NCBI GenBank assembly: GCA_965153285.1
Contig: OZ229121.1
Length of the DNA stretch: 64,000 nucleotides
Source: Podarcis tiliguerta
Lineage: Eukaryota
Reading direction: 5' to 3' (one strand)
Shown piece by piece: positions 61,501 through 64,000 of the stretch. A program made the translations under genes and the position numbers. How positions within the stretch are numbered: the stretch's first letter is position 1; every line of letters begins with the position of its first letter. The notes beneath the pieces were generated by a model. The model worked only from the letters and a program-made list of their open reading frames with translations, was not told where the DNA came from and did no database searches.

Positions 61501-63170
61501 ACCATCGCTGGCTGGGATCTTGATCACAGGAGTACTCCTTGCTGTAGTGTTTTGTGGCAGCTCCCACTTCATTCTTCTGGTTTCCATATTCGGGAAAATG
61601 CTTGCCCAGATCCTTGACTTTTCAGTCAATCTCTTTCCAATCCCAGACTCAATTTCAGTCAGTGTACTCCGTTAAATCTTAGTAGGATAGCAGTTCTTCA
61701 TGTTGCCTAATCCACATTTGATGGCTGTACTTTTAGGGTACTGATTCTCGCCCATCTTTTGTAGTTGTAACCCGTACAGGAGAAGTGCTTTATGCACTCT
61801 GATGGAAGGAAACCCAACTTCCACATGCAACATTGCAGCCAGTGTACCATTTGGTAGGCACAGATGGACTTTTAAGAATTGGATTTGGATTACTCCAAGG
61901 CATTTTAACTCCAAATTTCTACCTCACACTGTATTTGGGCAAAGATCTGATAAATAAAAATTATAATGGTTGAGGCCAGTAAATTTTTATCCATTCCCTA
62001 TGAGAAGTCACAACATTTCGTATAGCTACTCTGCCTAGACAAACAAATTCATTAAATACCTAGGTATTTAAAAAAGATGTCTTAAATGTCTTAAGGGCAG
62101 GTGGGGAACATGCTGTTGAACTTGGGTTCTGCCATGGGCTTCCCATGTGTATATGGTTGGCCACTTTGAGAACAGTGTTGGACAAACAGACTGTTTGGCC
62201 TGATCTGTTGGGCTCTTCTTACGTTCTTGCTGTAATGGACAGTTCTGGGTTCTTGCTGACAAAAAGCACCAGACTTTTAGATACCCATTTGAATTAAGTA
62301 GGAGAAGCACCATGTTGCTGGCATATAACAGGACTGGGATTTTACCATTTTGAATGAATGGCAAGAAACTGAGGGTTCTGAGATTCTTTTGACACCAATA
62401 CCATACTTTGTGTTTATGTCCAGAAGTTACTCCAAAAGCTGCAACACACTTTACAACTCCTCCTCTTAACTCTTTTAGGCATCGAGATTACGTGAAGAAG
62501 CTCATAACATGGGAAGTGTCCACATGTCAGAAATTTGTACTGAATTAAAAAACTTAAGATCTTTAGTTCGAGTATGTGAAATTCAAGCAACTTTGCGTGA
62601 GCAAAGGTAAGAATTCTGGGTTTCTCATCTTGATTTCCCAAATCCTTTTCATCAGTGTTTTTGTTTCATAATGTTTTATAAACTTAAGAGCTACTGAGCA
62701 ACTTTCCCTAGCATACAGTCAGGGGCTAAAAACTGTTACAGCTTAACATATAGGATGACATTGACTTAAACAGGAATAATACCTCCCTCCACAGCCATTG
62801 AACTACTGAAGGTGCCCTTGTGTGTTCCTGGATCTTGAACAATTATTTAGTCCATTATGTGTACCATTAAGGTAGGTCAACTATTTCTAGGCCCAGCAAT
62901 TTTGTCCTTTTTAAAAATAAAAAATAAAACGCATACAACACTGTGTTTATCACAGTATTATCCCTTCAACCTATTGTAGATTGAATAACTAACTTTAAGA
63001 ATGTGCATGTCATTATTAAAGTACTAATTCATGGAGTAAATTACTCATCTAAGAATGGATTTGACATGCCAGTACTAATTGCTTTCTTTTCCCTTTGTAG
63101 GATACTATTTTTGAGACAACAAATTAAAGAACTTGAAAAACTAAAGAATCAGAATTCCTTCATGGTGTGA
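19689..63170 (+). CDS. WAC: WAC, WW domain-containing adaptor with coiled coil; spliced CDS join(19689..19729,19875..19911,21549..21744,46005..46111,46846..46961,47041..47153,48864..49172 or 49181,50446..50691,52160..52282,54078..54226,55849..55967,59028..59211,62479..62606,63101..63170)
   Basis: Manual translation of 14 GT-AG bounded, phase-compatible exons gives [36 protein letters not shown]...WW domain...[19 protein letters not shown], matching recalled vertebrate WAC end to end; 1938 or 1947 nt. Confidence 0.97.
19875..19911 (+). CDS. WAC: WAC exon 2 ([12 protein letters not shown])
   Basis: Polypyrimidine tract + ccag acceptor; CAG|gtaccg donor; 37 nt. Confidence 0.95.
21549..21744 (+). 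CDS. WAC: WAC exon 3 ([10 protein letters not shown]...RVRERDG)
   Basis: tttcag acceptor; G|gtgagt donor; 196 nt; visible in ORF 21468..21764. Confidence 0.96.
24174..24396 (-). mobile_element. Tc1/mariner (pogo/Tigger-like) MITE
   Basis: TIR CAGTGGTACCTC...GAGGTACCACTG; TA TSD; inverted relative to the other copies (strand labels arbitrary). Confidence 0.85.
25655..25977 (-). mobile_element. L2 LINE 3' fragment
   Basis: Reverse complement of the same L2 3' region including its tail. Confidence 0.8.
26839..27058 (+). mobile_element. Tc1/mariner MITE, same family, right TIR truncated
   Basis: TA-CAGTGGTACCTCGGG start; shared GGTTAAGAACAGTTTCAGGTTAAGAAC. Confidence 0.82.
29470..29995 (+). 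mobile_element. L2 LINE ORF2 C-terminal and 3' fragment (older relics near 29110-29225, 33020-33800, 39700-39960)
   Basis: Translation [13 protein letters not shown]...LQLIQNAAA...[14 protein letters not shown]...[13 protein letters not shown] is typical of L2 ORF2. Confidence 0.88.
32300..32800. repeat. Interspersed repeat shared with about 61150-61505 (possibly an RTE-related 5' region or SINE)
   Basis: Shared blocks GTCTGTCT..AGACAATGGA, CTGGGCAGTGTGT, TTAGCCTTTTCTTCT, GCAGCAGAGGTTT. Confidence 0.55.
36061..36300. mobile_element. Related Tc1/mariner MITE
   Basis: TACCTCGGGTT...GAGGTACCATTG-TA ends; CpG-rich interior. Confidence 0.7.
36769..37470. mobile_element. Non-autonomous Penelope-like foldback element: 178-bp inverted repeats, hammerhead-like cores, inserted in (TA)n
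   Basis: 36769..36946 is the reverse complement of 37262..37439; (TA)n on both sides; CTGAAGA-T-GACGAG-loop-CTCGTC-GAAACGTC in each arm. Confidence 0.7.
37345..37389 (+). ncRNA. Minimal type-I hammerhead ribozyme-like motif (mirror copy on - strand at about 36819-36863)
   Basis: CUGAAGA 37350-37356; 6-bp stem II GACGAG/CUCGUC; GAAA 37376-37379; palindromic ACGU in place of stem III; GUC triplet 37381-37383; stem I weak. Confidence 0.55.
38690..38920 (+). mobile_element. Tc1/mariner MITE, diverged copy
   Basis: TA-CAGCGGAACCTC...GAGGTACCGCTG-TA. Confidence 0.8.
40922..41245. mobile_element. hAT (Charlie-like) non-autonomous transposon
   Basis: CAGGGGTCAGCAAC...GTTTGCCTACCCATG; perfect 8-bp TSD GTCTAGAT; internal direct repeat of about 59 bp. 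Confidence 0.85.
41371..41901. mobile_element. hAT (Charlie-like) non-autonomous transposon
   Basis: TIR CAGTGGTTTTCAACC / GGTTGAAAACCTCTG; TSD CACTAGAG/CAATAGAG. Confidence 0.82.
46005..46111 (+). CDS. WAC: WAC exon 4 ([35 protein letters not shown])
   Basis: ttttag acceptor; GCA|gtaagt donor; 107 nt. Confidence 0.95.
46846..46961 (+). CDS. WAC: WAC exon 5, WW domain ([35 protein letters not shown])
   Basis: W...YYYN...SQWEKP WW signature; ccaag acceptor; AG|gtaagt donor; 116 nt. Confidence 0.96.
47041..47153 (+). CDS. WAC: WAC exon 6 ([37 protein letters not shown])
   Basis: ctccag acceptor; A|gtatgt donor; 113 nt. Confidence 0.95.
48864..49181 (+). CDS. WAC: WAC exon 7 (MEEKHSSDA...QKTERK[SLS]); 3' end at 49172 or 49181
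   Basis: ORF 48863..49420 matches the WAC low-complexity region; atypical AAG acceptor; two in-frame donors 9 nt apart. Confidence 0.88.
50446..50691 (+). CDS. WAC: WAC exon 8 ([15 protein letters not shown]...[33 protein letters not shown])
   Basis: ttcag acceptor; G|gtaagg donor; 246 nt. Confidence 0.96.
51563..51787 (+). mobile_element. CR1 LINE 3' end, apparently nested in an older CR1-like relic (about 51430-52040)
   Basis: AGGAAGAACTTCCTGACAGTAAGAGC...TTCCAACTCTATG followed by an (ATTCTATG)n tail. Confidence 0.85.
52160..52282 (+). CDS. WAC: WAC exon 9 ([41 protein letters not shown])
   Basis: gttag acceptor; G|gtattt donor; 123 nt. Confidence 0.93.
54078..54226 (+). CDS. WAC: WAC exon 10 ([32 protein letters not shown]...SQPK)
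   Basis: ttacag acceptor; AAG|gtaaga donor; 149 nt. Confidence 0.95.
55849..55967 (+). CDS. WAC: WAC exon 11 ([14 protein letters not shown]...SPRSLQRS)
   Basis: ttcag acceptor; AG|gtatat donor; 119 nt. Confidence 0.94.
56069..56299 (+). mobile_element. Tc1/mariner MITE in intron 11
   Basis: TIRs and TA TSD; internal tandem duplication of GTTACATACACTTCAG. Confidence 0.85.
58466..58823 (+). mobile_element. Full-length Sauria SINE in WAC intron 11
   Basis: Same family as 4000..4350; B box GGTTCGAATCC 58530-58540; TSD TAATCTCA(T/C)GATT at 58451 and 58824. Confidence 0.92.
59028..59211 (+). CDS. WAC: WAC exon 12 ([11 protein letters not shown]...[21 protein letters not shown])
   Basis: TAGTAG tandem acceptor; CAG|gtgagt donor; 184 or 181 nt. 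Confidence 0.95.
62479..62606 (+). CDS. WAC: WAC exon 13 ([42 protein letters not shown])
   Basis: ttttag acceptor; AG|gtaaga donor; 128 nt. Confidence 0.96.
63101..63170 (+). CDS. WAC: WAC terminal coding exon 14, coiled-coil end ([22 protein letters not shown])
   Basis: tttgtag acceptor; TGA 63168-63170. Confidence 0.96.
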
Positions 63171-64000
63171 AAAAGTTGTGAATAATTGCACATGGGTTTT
63201 GAGTACAGGAACTGTAAAACTGATTGCCCAGTCTTAACATTTTTGAGCTGCATTTGAGTAGACTTTGGACCGTTGAGTTGGGCAAAAATAAAAAAAAAGA
63301 TAACATGGGAAAGGGGACAGGAGGGGTGTCATTCAGGGGAANNNNNNNNNNNNNNNNNNNNNNNNNNNNNNNNNNNNNNNNNNNNNNNNNNNNNNNNNNN
63401 NNNNNNNNNNNNNNNNNNNNNNNNNNNNNNNNNNNNNNNNNNNNNNNNNNNNNNNNNNNNNNNNNNNNNNNNNNNNNNNNNNNNNNNNNNNNNNNNNNNN
63501 NNNNNNNNNNNNNNNNNNNNNNNNNNNNNNNNNNNNNNNNNNNNTTAGTTAATTTATCATTCAGAAATCTTGCATTTCCTAAAATTCAATGCAAGCGCCA
63601 GGCGATCTGTGTCTCAAGGCTGCAACAGTTTGAAACAGTTTGGGTAATGTACAAAATATCATGAAACAACTGTTTCCACACTTGCACCGAATCAAGAGCA
63701 GTGCTTCTCCATTTCTGTTTTACAGAGCAGTGTTTTTCATTTTCTGTGTTCATTTCCCCCTTAAAATCCTAGATCTGAATTTATCAGTTTTTTTTTTAAT
63801 TCTAATTTCCTCCTTTCCTAAAGCACTGTTGCTATGGCACTTTTCTATAATCTTTTCATTCCTGTGTACAGTAGCTTAAAATTGCAGTGATTGAGCATAA
63901 CCCACTTGTTTGTATAAATTATTGAAATGTATTTCCATTTGCACCCTGTAAGAATGGACTGGTAGTACTGCTGGGCATGTGTGCTGAAAGTACATCCCTT
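63171..64000 (+). other. WAC: WAC 3' UTR (probably continues beyond the window; N gap at 63342-63544)
   Basis: Follows the stop codon; U-rich and repeat-free. Confidence 0.75.
63342..63544. other. Assembly gap (N run)
   Basis: Run of n characters. Confidence 1.

Noticed and set aside
63287-63292. AATAAA shortly after the WAC stop
   Set aside because: Lies in an A-run without a GU-rich downstream element; UTR-like sequence continues to the window end
63224-63664. ORFs spanning the N run
   Set aside because: Artefact of the assembly gap

Overview
Vertebrate genomic DNA, most likely from a lacertid lizard (inferred from two full-length Sauria SINEs plus typical squamate L2, CR1, RTE, hAT and Tc1/mariner repeats). 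The main feature is the complete coding region of WAC (WW domain-containing adaptor with coiled coil) on the + strand. It has 14 coding exons from ATG 19689 to TGA 63170, all introns GT-AG and phase-compatible, giving about 645-648 aa. It starts in a CpG island at about 17.75-20.4 kb. About 3.2 kb upstream, head-to-head on the - strand, is an intact intronless SSNA1/NA14 paralog (16526..16143, 127 aa) with its own splice acceptor, Kozak ATG and two AATAAA signals. It lies where human has the divergent lncRNA WAC-AS1. Other candidates: a 178-bp inverted-repeat, Penelope-like insertion in intron 3 with a minimal hammerhead ribozyme core in each arm; a 187-codon +1-frame ORF across WAC exons 1-6; uORFs; an alternative first exon; and several poison or alternative terminal exons. 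Comparisons to human WAC and SSNA1 come from recalled sequences, not from a search. There is an N gap at 63342-63544 in the WAC 3' UTR.
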